Position numbers and translations under genes: made by a program
Virus record (IMG/VR): IMGVR_UViG_3300038679_000051
Coordinates: 96,001-160,000 of that record
Direction: 5' to 3' (one strand)
From: a virus
Lineage: Duplodnaviria; Caudoviricetes
Length of the DNA: 64,000 nt
The notes under the pieces: generated by a model
Told to the model about the DNA's origin: nothing
The model's database searches: none
What the model saw: only the letters and a program-made list of their open reading frames with translations
Shown here: positions 1-9,039 of the stretch, one piece after another
Position numbering within the stretch: the first letter of the stretch is position 1
Layout: every line of letters begins with the position of its first letter

Positions 1-429
1 CAGGAGAACCAGATCACGTTCCAAATCTTGTGGGATTGATTTGACCGGGCTGAGACAAATCAGCATCTTCTGTTGCGATTTGAATTCCCGACAGATGTCC
101 CTGATCATGCGTCTGACTTTTGGCATTTCAAAGAAGGGATGTATGTCCCGGAAGACATATACGACGCCATCGCTTTCAGTATCGTCGAGCGCTTTTTGGA
201 GGGCACCCACTGGATCATCCAATTCCTTGTCCTTCTCTTCTTCTTTCCATTGGCCTTTGACGTAAACCTCTTTGAGCCAACCTTCAGAGTGTGACCAGAA
301 GGTGACTTTGCGATTCAATTCTTTGGCAGCATCCAACAACATCAATTCGGCACGACCCTCTTCGGCCGTCTGCAGATAAATTGCTGGATATCCGGCACGC
401 ATGTAATTTGCCAAATTCAGTTTGCTCAT
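1..429 (-). CDS. Ycf46-like AAA ATPase, N-terminal part (runs off the window start; not in the ORF track)
   Basis: Manual translation from ATG at 429: MSKLNLANYMRAGYPAIYLQTAEEGRAE...VYVFRDIHPFF...VRRMIRD...LICLSPVKSIPQDLERD. This matches the N-terminus of Ycf46-type ATPases; the start overlaps the stop of the 426-764 ORF. Confidence 0.75.
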   Translation of the reverse strand, partial: MSKLNLANYMRAGYPAIYLQTAEEGRAELMLLDAAKELNRKVTFWSHSEGWLKEVYVKGQWKEEEKDKELDDPVGALQKALDDTESDGVVYVFRDIHPFFEMPKVRRMIRDICREFKSQQKMLICLSPVKSIPQDLERDLVLL

Positions 430-764
430 TTTCGCACCCCTTTCCCTCTCTTTTTTATCACCACATCGGAAATCGACAAGATCTTGATCTTCAATTTGTT
501 TAAAACCTTGCGACAGGCTAGACATGGTTCCAGCGGCAATATGCGTCCGGCACTGCTGATGCGGCAAATGACGACGCTTTTCACTCGTTGATCTTTAATG
601 GCATCCAATTCAGCATGCACGCCACCACCCTTCTTGCTGAATCTCGGACGATTGAATTTACAATTGACGATGCGTCCTTCGGCATCGAGACCTAAAGCCG
701 CAACGCGGTGTTTACATATTGATTTTGATGCTTTAGAGATGAGACGATCATAAATGTTCTGCAA
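426..764 (-). CDS. Zinc-dependent cytidine/dCMP deaminase-like protein
   Basis: HAE motif (VHAELDA) and PCxxC motif (EPCLAC). Confidence 0.7.
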   Translation of the reverse strand: MQNIYDRLISKASKSICKHRVAALGLDAEGRIVNCKFNRPRFSKKGGGVHAELDAIKDQRVKSVVICRISSAGRILPLEPCLACRKVLNKLKIKILSISDVVIKKRGKGVRK

Positions 765-766
765 AA

Positions 767-1399
767 TTACCGTACCAATTCACCAGCACGTTTTAGTGCT
801 TTTTGCTTGCTTTTTTTGTATTTCTCGATGTTCCGTAATCCTTCACCTATTTTTTCGTACATAGGTCCTACTTTCGATAAATAAGATTCACAGAGGATTC
901 TGCGGAGATCGTCCGGCGTATGCCATGCAATTCCTCTACTAGTTGATTTATCAAACACCATCTTAACCCATCCTTTACGTGGCACTTGGTGCGGAAGCTC
1001 GGAACGATAGAATGATTTGCTTTTTGTAATCCATACATCTACTCCTATCTTCTTCAGCCGCTGTCCGTAATAATACCATTCATTAATGTGTGTCCGCCGC
1101 CGCACATGACTATGTTTGCAAAACGAAGACAATATATCATCAACCAGATTTATAAATGTTTCAGGATCATTCCCATCAGAGGCCAGATAATTGACGAATT
1201 TGATCCTCTCCTTAATGTCTGGAATAACCTTAGAGAGTTTTTTAAGAACATACACATCATAAATCTTATGTATGTTTATTTCTGGCCGGTCCTCCTCGCA
1301 CATACGAAGAAATTCCTTCCGTGTATGTGTTTTTGCTAAGCACTCTACTACTCTTCGATCTGCTTGTGTAGGATCACACATGAATTGTCGAAAACTCAT
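767..1399 (-). CDS. Hypothetical protein
   Basis: 210-aa ORF co-oriented with neighbours; SD-like GGAGGG upstream. Confidence 0.6.
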   Translation of the reverse strand: MSFRQFMCDPTQADRRVVECLAKTHTRKEFLRMCEEDRPEINIHKIYDVYVLKKLSKVIPDIKERIKFVNYLASDGNDPETFINLVDDILSSFCKHSHVRRRTHINEWYYYGQRLKKIGVDVWITKSKSFYRSELPHQVPRKGWVKMVFDKSTSRGIAWHTPDDLRRILCESYLSKVGPMYEKIGEGLRNIEKYKKSKQKALKRAGELVR

Positions 1400-1413
1400 T
1401 TCGTCCCTCCCTT

Positions 1414-1647
1414 TTATAAGTGTTCCTCAAGCCATTTTCGTTCTGCGTCCAATGCTTCCCATCTAGTCTCAAACGGTCCGAGCATGACGTTTGGTCTGAT
1501 TGGCGACATGTCGGCTACCCATTTGCCGTCGTCGTCTGGTTCGACGTGACTGACGCGTTTGGTGGTTGCCTTGCCTTCAGTCATCAGACCGCGCAGATCA
1601 TCGTTGTAGACGAATTTAATCGTGCCGTCAGGCATCACGTTGATCAT
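1414..1647 (-). CDS. Conserved small protein typical of DUF2997/DUF1257/AAA modules
   Basis: PDGTIKFVY...RVSHVEPDDDGKWVADMSP pattern, plus gene context. Confidence 0.6.
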   Translation of the reverse strand: MINVMPDGTIKFVYNDDLRGLMTEGKATTKRVSHVEPDDDGKWVADMSPIRPNVMLGPFETRWEALDAERKWLEEHL

Positions 1648-1659
1648 GTTCCGGTCCTT

Positions 1660-1914
1660 TCATCTTTTCATCAATTTGCCGCATTTGAAGTCGTTAACCA
1701 ATTTCTGCAGACCGAGGTTATTATTATATTCAAAGATTTCACCATTGACCGACGTTGCTTCAATCTGATTGGAGTAGGGATGAACCGGTACTCGTGGTCC
1801 GTTTTTCTCCCCCAACATGATGAAATCATCACCATCCCAATAGTCTTGATCACAAACCACCTCAGTTGGTACGCCTAGTGCTTCGATCTTCGCTGCGATT
1901 CGTTCAGCTTTCAT
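1660..1914 (-). CDS. Hypothetical protein (likely start MKAERIAAK)
   Basis: 3' part of the 1660-2010 ORF; the ATG at 1914 avoids overlap with the upstream gene. Confidence 0.5.
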   Translation of the reverse strand: MKAERIAAKIEALGVPTEVVCDQDYWDGDDFIMLGEKNGPRVPVHPYSNQIEATSVNGEIFEYNNNLGLQKLVNDFKCGKLMKR

Positions 1915-1972
1915 GTTTGACCCCCATGATTGAAGTTCTATTCTTCCTCTTAAACAGACGTAGGGTGGGTCT

Positions 1973-2236
1973 TTATCTCTTTGGTTCTTTATTCTCCTGC
2001 AAAACCACACCGTGTCGGATCACTTTAACAATATCATGATCACATGGCAAACTGGCCAAATGTTCCTGTCCATTGTCTGCACGGGAAGTACGTCGATTAG
2101 TGCCTTTTAAAACAATCCAATGTGGGTATGGAGTTTCAGCCTTTTTACAATATATGAAAGTCACTCCGTGAATGGATATCAATTCATCTCCCGGAAGACA
2201 TTTTGTTAAATCAATCTCTTCCATTACGTTGTTCAC
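1973..2236 (-). CDS. Hypothetical protein
   Basis: 87-aa ORF whose start overlaps the stop of the upstream gene. Confidence 0.5.
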   Translation of the reverse strand: MNNVMEEIDLTKCLPGDELISIHGVTFIYCKKAETPYPHWIVLKGTNRRTSRADNGQEHLASLPCDHDIVKVIRHGVVLQENKEPKR

Positions 2237-2430
2237 GTTCCGGTCCCTTGTCCCTGTTTGAGTCCTTGTCCCTCGGACATGTAATATTCGCTGGTCTTTT
2301 TCGTCGACGTGACCTTACCAAGTGCCTTTTCGATGTCTGCCGTCAATTTTGAACATTTGCTGCCCTTCATTCCTTGTACTTTGATCATGCTTTCACCCGA
2401 TGGTGAAATTTCAATGATTATCTGGTGCAT
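2233..2430 (-). CDS. DUF2997-like protein
   Basis: IIIEISPSGE..IKVQGMKGSKC.KLT.DIEKALG, characteristic of the family. Confidence 0.75.
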   Translation of the reverse strand: MHQIIIEISPSGESMIKVQGMKGSKCSKLTADIEKALGKVTSTKKTSEYYMSEGQGLKQGQGTGT

Positions 2431-2534
2431 GTCATTCCCCTTTCTCATTCCACAAAGTTTATGTCGGCGTCTTGCATGCCGTTCGTTGCATCAAGTAACG
2501 GTTGCATCAAGTAACGCCTTCTGATGTGCTGCCG

Positions 2535-2927
2535 CTACGCTCGTCGACCGCCTGTTGTTTTCAGGACATCAACGTCGATCACGTCCACTTTTAAATCTTC
2601 CACATTGGTCTTGACTTCGGAAACGACGCCGCCGCTTACGATGATTGCTACATGTTTGGTGGCGTTTTGGTTCCGAACAACGCTGGCGTTTTGCTCTCTC
2701 TTTTCGTACATTGCTTTTTCAAAAGCAGCCATTGCTTCGACCGGCGTCTTACCAAAACCGGCAACGCCGTCTTGGATGTTGTTGCCCCACAGGACACAGT
2801 ACTGATCACCGTCGAGGAATGGTTTAAGGCCAAGCACGACGGCCCATTGCCGTCGTCTATCTGCACCGTCCATTTCCACGGAGAGCAATTCTGATGCGCG
2901 TCCTTCTAAAAATTGTGGTAAATTCAT
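2535..2927 (-). CDS. Hypothetical phage protein
   Basis: 130-aa ORF; DGDQYCVLWGNNIQDGVAGFGKTP.EAM.AF motif seen in phage hypotheticals. Confidence 0.55.
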   Translation of the reverse strand: MNLPQFLEGRASELLSVEMDGADRRRQWAVVLGLKPFLDGDQYCVLWGNNIQDGVAGFGKTPVEAMAAFEKAMYEKREQNASVVRNQNATKHVAIIVSGGVVSEVKTNVEDLKVDVIDVDVLKTTGGRRA

Positions 2928-2956
2928 CTCTTTCTCCTTTCAAATGTTTGTCACCA

Positions 2957-3598
2957 TTAAACGATTATCGTTACGTCGTTTCTTGCCTTGTACAGGTAAT
3001 CCTTAACTTCCTTGTCGGCACCAACATAAAGTGATCCGACCAATTCGGCGACCTTATCGTCGTTGATTTTTTGCGCCTTTACTAGTGAAATGAAATCAGA
3101 CACATCTTGGTGTTTCCTTGCTTTTGATCGATTGGGACTGATAAATGCCGCATATTTCATAACCACTGCCATTTCTGGTGTAGGTATGTTTATTTTTATG
3201 TTTCCTATTTTTCCAGTTTGAGAATTGTTGAGCGTTGATTTATAAAAACCAATCGGCTTGAGTATGTCGATCACTACGTGTTCGCCGTCAAAAATTCTCA
3301 CGGCATCCGATTCATCAACCGGTTTAAGATTTGGCCACTTGTTCATTATCGCCTTAACGGCCAATTTATGATCATCGACCACTACGTCGACGTCCTCCGT
3401 AGCTCTCGGCTGATTGGTATGTTGGGACAACGCCTGTGCGCCGACGAGAACGCATTCAATTCCTGCATCATTCAACGTTTTCATTACGTCAGTGATCAGA
3501 TAGAACTTCCGATTAAGCCCTTCGAGTTGAAGTTGTGAAAGCATCTGGGAACGTTGCACACTCCCAAACGTTTCACCAAACGCTTCACTAAGTTTCAT
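2957..3598 (-). CDS. Pol-beta superfamily nucleotidyltransferase (AbiEii/DUF6036-like)
   Basis: LVGAQAL...PRATEDVDVVV (GG/GA plus DxD) and C-terminal MK..A...R..KH.D. Confidence 0.75.
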   Translation of the reverse strand: MKLSEAFGETFGSVQRSQMLSQLQLEGLNRKFYLITDVMKTLNDAGIECVLVGAQALSQHTNQPRATEDVDVVVDDHKLAVKAIMNKWPNLKPVDESDAVRIFDGEHVVIDILKPIGFYKSTLNNSQTGKIGNIKINIPTPEMAVVMKYAAFISPNRSKARKHQDVSDFISLVKAQKINDDKVAELVGSLYVGADKEVKDYLYKARNDVTIIV

Positions 3599-3609
3599 CG
3601 CTTACTCCT

Positions 3610-3969
3610 TCACTTGCTCAGGGCTAATTGGACCGTGCCGTCTTGTTTGATCTTTTTCTGAACGATATAACCCATGCTGCGGGCCTTCTTAGTGGCCACT
3701 TCCACGCCGTATGCCTGTTTCATTTTGTCAAGTTCTTTCGAATTGCCCCAATTGCCGTTAAAGTTGTCAAATTTCAGCGTCCCATCGTTCAACAATGCGA
3801 CTGGGTATCTCCATCCTGGCAGATTGAATGAGAATTCACATTCAACGCTGCCGCTGTACATCGTGACTTTGTGCTTGCCGGTCTTGAATTGGCAACCAAG
3901 TTGCTTGCACGCCATCATCAATGCTGTCTTGTCCTTAATTTCCGTTTGTACCGTCGTTACGTGGCTCAT
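3610..3969 (-). CDS. DUF1257 (Ycf35-like) protein
   Basis: MSHVTTVQTEIKD..AL..AC.QLG...Q.YGVE..TKKARSMGY.V pattern. Confidence 0.8.
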   Translation of the reverse strand: MSHVTTVQTEIKDKTALMMACKQLGCQFKTGKHKVTMYSGSVECEFSFNLPGWRYPVALLNDGTLKFDNFNGNWGNSKELDKMKQAYGVEVATKKARSMGYIVQKKIKQDGTVQLALSK

Positions 3970-4328
3970 TCGTCTTTCTCCTTTTGAATGGTTTGGAATT
4001 GTCTCCATACCGCTTTGATCTTTTCAATGCAGTCAAGGTCATGGAGATCGGTAACGAAATTCCAATTCGATTCTTTGAAATTCATAATGCTGACTTTGTT
4101 GTCGTAAATGCCCCAGATCATGCTTGGCGAAATCACATAAATATAAGTGGAATCGTCTATGTCTTCACTACATATTGGTGAATCGAATTCCATAGCAATG
4201 CATTTAAACAATTCGGTGTAAGGGCACATGTTTTCACCCATGTTTTCATCTCCTTTGTTCATCCCACCGTTCGATCGTCCTTTCACGGGCTGCGATTTCC
4301 GGATTGCCCACTGGAATTTGGTTGTCAT
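3966..4328 (-). CDS. Hypothetical protein
   Basis: 120-aa ORF with SD GAGGAG upstream. Confidence 0.5.
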   Translation of the reverse strand: MTTKFQWAIRKSQPVKGRSNGGMNKGDENMGENMCPYTELFKCIAMEFDSPICSEDIDDSTYIYVISPSMIWGIYDNKVSIMNFKESNWNFVTDLHDLDCIEKIKAVWRQFQTIQKEKDE

Positions 4329-4338
4329 CCATCTCCTC

Positions 4339-5034
4339 TCACAATTGTAGCACCCTACCGCGTTTCATCGTGGCTTCTTCAGATTGGTTTAGTCCCTCAA
4401 GAAGTACCAGACTGGCACGACGAAATGCCGCCAACGTCTGTTCTTCGACATATTCAAATGCACCACCATTTTGTTGTGCTGCCGCCATACATATTTCTGG
4501 TGTTTGTTCTTCGACATATTCAAGTGCCCAACCATTTCGTTGTACCGCTGCCATACATATTTCTGGTGTCTGCTCCTTAACATACTGTAATGCCCAATTA
4601 TGTTGTTTTACTGCTGCCAGGCATATTTCTGGCGTCTGTTCCTTGACATGTTGGAGTGCCAGACCATGTTGTTGTACTGCTGCTATGCATATTTCTGGTG
4701 TCTGCTCTTCAACAAATTCAAGCGCTCGCCCATCTTGTTGCACTGCTGCCATACATAATTCTGGCGGTTTCTTAACATATTCAAGTGCCCGACCATCCTG
4801 TTGCACTGCTGCCATGCATAATTCCGGCGTCTGTTTTTTGACATATTCAAGTGCCCGACCATCCTGTTGCACTGCTGCCATGCATAATTCTGGTGTTTGT
4901 TCCTTGACATATTCAAGTGCCGAACCATTTTGTTGCACTGCTGCCAGACACAATTCTGGTGTCTGTTCCTTAACATATTCAAGTGCCCAACCATTTCGTT
5001 GTACCGCTGCCAGTTCCTTGTTTGTGGTCGTCAT
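4339..5034 (-). CDS. DUF4116-like 22-aa helical repeat protein (9 repeats, no N-terminal cassette)
   Basis: Tandem EQTPEICMAAVQQNGxALEYVK units; SD GAGGAG before the ATG at 5034. Confidence 0.85.
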   Translation of the reverse strand: MTTTNKELAAVQRNGWALEYVKEQTPELCLAAVQQNGSALEYVKEQTPELCMAAVQQDGRALEYVKKQTPELCMAAVQQDGRALEYVKKPPELCMAAVQQDGRALEFVEEQTPEICIAAVQQHGLALQHVKEQTPEICLAAVKQHNWALQYVKEQTPEICMAAVQRNGWALEYVEEQTPEICMAAAQQNGGAFEYVEEQTLAAFRRASLVLLEGLNQSEEATMKRGRVLQL

Positions 5035-5037
5035 CTT

Positions 5038-5190
5038 ATCTCCTCTCACAATTGCAGCACCCTACCGCGTTTCATCGTGGCTTCTTCAGAAATTTAAGTA
5101 CCAGACTGGCACGGCGAAATGCCGCCAACGTCTGTTTTATATAAATGATAAGACAGATTTACGTGACGTACTTAATGCATTTCTTATTCG
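5038..5190 (-). pseudogene. Remnant of a DUF4116-type gene 3' end
   Basis: 5038-5090 and 5096-5136 are near-identical to 4331-4383 and 4401-4442, the tail of the downstream gene; encodes the degenerate unit LAAFRRASLVLKFLK. Confidence 0.6.
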
Positions 5191-5302
5191 TTCATGATGC
5201 CATCATCTTCTTATCAATTGCGTCAACCAGTTCCTTGCTTGCGGTCGTCATGTTTTCACCCACACGTCAAGATAATTCTTCCATTGTCCACCCATGAAGT
5301 TT

Positions 5303-5512
5303 TCATCTCTCTTGGTTTTGGTCGATGCTTTGATCTTGCTCATCCCACCAAACATTCAAATCACGTTCAAATTCAGCGTCCTGCAGCATTTCAGACAATG
5401 ACGGCCCATCCATCACCGTCAATTCGGTCATTTCCTGTTGTTCGATTCGTGCATCGTCCATTTCACGGATTGCGATTTCCAGATTACCTATTGGAGTTTG
5501 ATCACCATCCAT
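5303..5512 (-). CDS. Hypothetical acidic protein
   Basis: 69-aa ORF in a co-oriented run. Confidence 0.4.
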   Translation of the reverse strand: MDGDQTPIGNLEIAIREMDDARIEQQEMTELTVMDGPSLSEMLQDAEFERDLNVWWDEQDQSIDQNQER

Positions 5513-5772
5513 GTTTCACCCTCCAGTTTCATGATTTTAATCTTCGCTTCCTCTTTCGTCAAATTAATCTCATGGTCGAGCAATTCTTCGATGACTTGCT
5601 CACGCGCCTCACGTAAGGTATCGGCAGTCACCTTCATGGCCGATTGGACGCGAGAATCAAGCAGCGTAATCCAAACGTATTCTCGACCGGCCAATGACGT
5701 AGATGGTTCCACCGACAACCAAGTGGTTGGCTTAGGAAGACGTTCTTCTATCGGCCTATTGTCACCAAACAT
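5488..5772 (-). CDS. Hypothetical protein
   Basis: 94-aa ORF with SD AAGGAG upstream. Confidence 0.55.
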   Translation of the reverse strand: MFGDNRPIEERLPKPTTWLSVEPSTSLAGREYVWITLLDSRVQSAMKVTADTLREAREQVIEELLDHEINLTKEEAKIKIMKLEGETWMVIKLQ

Positions 5773-5784
5773 TCATCTTCTCCT

Positions 5785-6057
5785 TTACCATCTCATTGGT
5801 TCCATTTTAACGGTGCCATTAATGTTAATGGCAATTCGTTTTGCTTCCTCTTCATCTTCACATCGCCCAACGTATGTGCCGTCCTTATCATACAGGATGG
5901 ACACAAGTGGCGCTTTAGGTTTATCTGGCACTGGCAATGGCGTCAATCCCTTAATTCTCCGTGATGCATTAGTTGAGATTATTGATTGTCGTGCTTTCAT
6001 TAAGCGTTGATATTCTTTATGTTTCTTGTTCATTTTAACCTCCATCGCAAATGTCAC
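5785..6057 (-). CDS. Hypothetical protein
   Basis: 90-aa ORF in a co-oriented run. Confidence 0.5.
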   Translation of the reverse strand: MTFAMEVKMNKKHKEYQRLMKARQSIISTNASRRIKGLTPLPVPDKPKAPLVSILYDKDGTYVGRCEDEEEAKRIAININGTVKMEPMRW

Positions 6058-6848
6058 CCCTCAACAATCTTGATCTTGAATTTTTTGTTAACATATTCAA
6101 GTGCTTCACCATCTTGCTGCACTGCTGCCGTACATATCTCTGGTGTCTGCTCCTTGACATATTCAAGTGCATGACCATTTCGTTGTACCGCTGCCATGCA
6201 CAATTCTGGCGTCTGTTCCTTGACAAATTGAAGTACCAAACCATTACCTTTTACTGCTGCCATACAGATTTCTGGTGTCTGTTCTTTGTTGTTCGCAGAA
6301 CATTTGACATGTTCAAGTGCATTGCTATTCTGCTGCACTGCTGCCATACACATTTCTGGCGTTTGTTCCTTAACATATTCAAGTGCCGAACCATGTCGTT
6401 GTACTGCTGCTATACATATTTCTGGTGTTTGTTTTTTGACATGCTGAAGTGCATGACTATTTTGTCTTACTGCTGCCATGCATATTTCTAGCGTCTGCTC
6501 TTTGTTGTTCGCAGAACATTTGACATGTTTAAGTGCACCACCATTTTGTTTTACTGCCGCCATGCAGATTTCTGGCGTCTGCTCCTTGACATATTCAAGT
6601 GCATAACCATCTTCTTGCACTGCTGCCATACATATTTCTGGAAATTGCTTGTTTAAATGTTTTAGTGCATCACCGCTTGGCAGCGATTTGGGCCCATACC
6701 CGCGTAGGGACGGAGCGCGGACGGGGCGAGTCAATAGTATCTCAATAATCACTTCATCCTTCATCTGTTTATAATTGCTATCAGTCTTTCTCACTGCTCG
6801 GATTACGTCAGCTAACTGTTCTTTGGTTACGGTCGTCATCCAGTGCAT
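6054..6848 (-). CDS. DUF4116-like repeat protein (8 repeats) with MHWMT..KEQL N-terminal cassette
   Basis: Repeat units as above; two CSANN insertions; GC-rich in-frame insert near the N-terminus. Confidence 0.85.
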   Translation of the reverse strand: MHWMTTVTKEQLADVIRAVRKTDSNYKQMKDEVIIEILLTRPVRAPSLRGYGPKSLPSGDALKHLNKQFPEICMAAVQEDGYALEYVKEQTPEICMAAVKQNGGALKHVKCSANNKEQTLEICMAAVRQNSHALQHVKKQTPEICIAAVQRHGSALEYVKEQTPEMCMAAVQQNSNALEHVKCSANNKEQTPEICMAAVKGNGLVLQFVKEQTPELCMAAVQRNGHALEYVKEQTPEICTAAVQQDGEALEYVNKKFKIKIVEG

Positions 6849-7293
6849 TTAAATTCCTTTCTTGATTTTCTAACATGTTGATTATGTCACTATCGTTGAG
6901 GTTCTTTGCGAATTTCATAGGAGTCCAGCCTTCAATTTCGCATGTCTCATGAGGGTCTGCCCCACCCATCAGCAATTTTTCTACCAATTTTATTTGTTTA
7001 TCAACCATTCTATTATAGAAGTAGCCATCACGTATCACAAGCGTCAATGCTGGAACCATGGCCGTACTGAACGGCACTTTAAATCTAACATGGGCGAATT
7101 TTTCCGGTTTTCGAAGTTCTGATAAGAACATCGATACTTCTTCATATCCTGCCCTAATTCCATCATTACATAATTTCTTGATAATCGTTTCATCTTTATA
7201 TCTTGCCCAATTTTTATTGATCTTATGTGCAGCTTGCAATATGTCATCGATGGTTTCTTTGTCCGCCATCGTCAATAATTCGATTAGCGTCAT
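6808..7293 (-). CDS. Protein with a DUF4116-family-like N-terminal domain and a C-terminal ankyrin-like repeat
   Basis: DKETIDDILQAAHKIN...KDETIIKKLCNDGI resembles TKEQLNDVIQAMRKID...KDATIVKKLMNDEI; C-terminal LLMGGADP...EGWTPMKFA...IINML is ankyrin-like. Confidence 0.6.
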   Translation of the reverse strand: MTLIELLTMADKETIDDILQAAHKINKNWARYKDETIIKKLCNDGIRAGYEEVSMFLSELRKPEKFAHVRFKVPFSTAMVPALTLVIRDGYFYNRMVDKQIKLVEKLLMGGADPHETCEIEGWTPMKFAKNLNDSDIINMLENQERNLNALDDDRNQRTVS

Positions 7294-7314
7294 TTGCCCA
7301 CTCCTTTTTGTGAT

Positions 7315-7758
7315 TCAAATTTGACGTAACCTCTGGTTTATTCTGGCGATGAATTTCTCATCATAATTATACTTTAGACCTTCACGCATCAACACCTCGT
7401 CGCTCTTCATAGCCTTTTTAAATCCGTCATAAGGCACGTCAATCATGTCTTTGGTTCGGAGGTTGTTGACAATCAATTGCGTATATGGCCCTGCCATTCC
7501 GGTTTTCTCTAAAAAGAGATAAATGGACCAGAGGGCTGAATCCGTGTTTTTGGAAAATTCGAAAGTAATGCTGTTGCCATGTCCTCTAACTCTGATCCAA
7601 CCTTTGTTCATGACTTGTAGCAGAATCTGAACGCGGTCTTTGTCATTGTGTGGATTTAAATCCTTATCGACTAGACCGCGTTCAGATGCCCATTGAGCAT
7701 GATCATAAACCTCATGTCGTCTGTCCTTATCAGTGATCCAATAGCCCTCTTTGGTCAT
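7315..7758 (-). CDS. Hypothetical protein
   Basis: 147-aa ORF with SD AAGGA upstream. Confidence 0.6.
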   Translation of the reverse strand: MTKEGYWITDKDRRHEVYDHAQWASERGLVDKDLNPHNDKDRVQILLQVMNKGWIRVRGHGNSITFEFSKNTDSALWSIYLFLEKTGMAGPYTQLIVNNLRTKDMIDVPYDGFKKAMKSDEVLMREGLKYNYDEKFIARINQRLRQI

Positions 7759-7773
7759 TTTCTCATCCTTCCG

Positions 7774-8313
7774 TTATTTTTTAATGCGTGCTTCCAAAGT
7801 CTTGAGGGAGCGTTTCGCCTCCTCTCCGCAATATTCCTTGTTGTAGAATCCACCACATGAATCGACACAAGTGCCATCTTTGTCCTTTATTACGTATTCC
7901 CAAACGTCGCCTTGTAAATATTGATCGTACGTCGCCACTTCCGCGATTAACAATTCCTTCGTCTTCTTGAGTGATTCCTCATTACAATCCCCATGTTCCT
8001 CCATGATCATTTCTTTGGTGGCATAGATGAGACCAACTTGCCCAGAGTCCCATGAGCAGGAGAATCCGGTAACGTTCATCGTAATGCCACTGTGATCATA
8101 AAGATATAATGGTAAGACGATTTCCGCATTCAATTCTTTGCGTAAATGGCCCTCTAATTCATCCCATCCATTGAAATCTTCATGTTTGAAATCATGTTCA
8201 TCGCCTAAGTCATAACGGCGATGAAAGCACACCATCTTGCCGAAACAATCATATTCTTTGCGAGGATTTGGGGCGGATTCGTCCTGTAAAATTTCGAGCA
8301 CCAATTTACCCAT
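7774..8313 (-). CDS. Conserved phage hypothetical protein
   Basis: LPLYLYDHSGITM...WDSGQVG.IY...YDQYLQGDVW.Y...DSCGGFY motif, widespread in phages and ICEs. Confidence 0.7.
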   Translation of the reverse strand: MGKLVLEILQDESAPNPRKEYDCFGKMVCFHRRYDLGDEHDFKHEDFNGWDELEGHLRKELNAEIVLPLYLYDHSGITMNVTGFSCSWDSGQVGLIYATKEMIMEEHGDCNEESLKKTKELLIAEVATYDQYLQGDVWEYVIKDKDGTCVDSCGGFYNKEYCGEEAKRSLKTLEARIKK

Positions 8314-8330
8314 CTGTCACCTCCCTCTCA

Positions 8331-8519
8331 TCACCCGTTCCCATTCTTCCCACACTTTGTTGATGTCTTAGCTATCTCTTTCTTAAGAGTTGGGTCTTTA
8401 ACAAATTGAAGAGCTTTTCAGAATGCATTAAGATGCGCATTAAGATGCACATTGGGTTTATTTCAACCATTAATCACGTCAGCTAATTGTTCTTTAATCA
8501 CTTCAGAGAGCCAATGCAC
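8331..8519 (-). pseudogene. Internally deleted DUF4116-family gene
   Basis: Keeps GTG-HWLSEVIKEQLADVING* and the ALQFVKDPTLKKEI tail but lacks the repeat array; contains a short gcattaagatgc tandem duplication. Confidence 0.7.
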
Positions 8520-9039
8520 GTTTTATCTCCTCTCTAAGAGTTGGGTTTCTAACAAATTGAAGTGTATCCTTATCTCGTTGTACTGATGTCATACATATTT
8601 CTGGCGTCTGTTCTTTGACATATTGTAGTGCCCAACCCCATTGTTGTTGTATTGCTGCCATACAGATTTCTGGCGTTTGTTCCTTGACACATTGAAGCAC
8701 ATGGCCACTTTCTTGTATTGCTGTCATACACATCTCTAGTGTCTGTTTTTTGACATATCGAAGTGCCCAACCATTCTGCTGTACTGCTGTCATACACATT
8801 TCTGGCGTTTGTTCCTTAACATATTGTAGTGCCCAATTATACTGTTGTACTGCCGCCAGACATATAGCTGGAAATTGTTTATTTAAATGTTTGATGATGT
8901 CACATAAGTTTATTTCATCATTTAATAACATATCAATAATTATTTCTGGTTCCTTCTGATTCAGTAGCCCAAAGGATGAATGATAGGCTTTAATCACGTC
9001 AGCTAATTGTTCTTTAGTCACCTCAGAGAGCCAATGCAC
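8503..9039 (-). CDS. DUF4116-like repeat protein (5 repeats)
   Basis: MHWLSEVTKEQL N-terminus; GTG start nested in the tail of the upstream paralog. Confidence 0.85.
   Translation of the reverse strand: MHWLSEVTKEQLADVIKAYHSSFGLLNQKEPEIIIDMLLNDEINLCDIIKHLNKQFPAICLAAVQQYNWALQYVKEQTPEMCMTAVQQNGWALRYVKKQTLEMCMTAIQESGHVLQCVKEQTPEICMAAIQQQWGWALQYVKEQTPEICMTSVQRDKDTLQFVRNPTLREEIKRALAL

Noticed and set aside
4340-4390. Hammerhead-like words CUGAAGA...GAAAC in the duplicated DUF4116 tail (also near 5045-5090)
   Set aside because: Stem II cannot form, and the stem III and NUH pairing fails.
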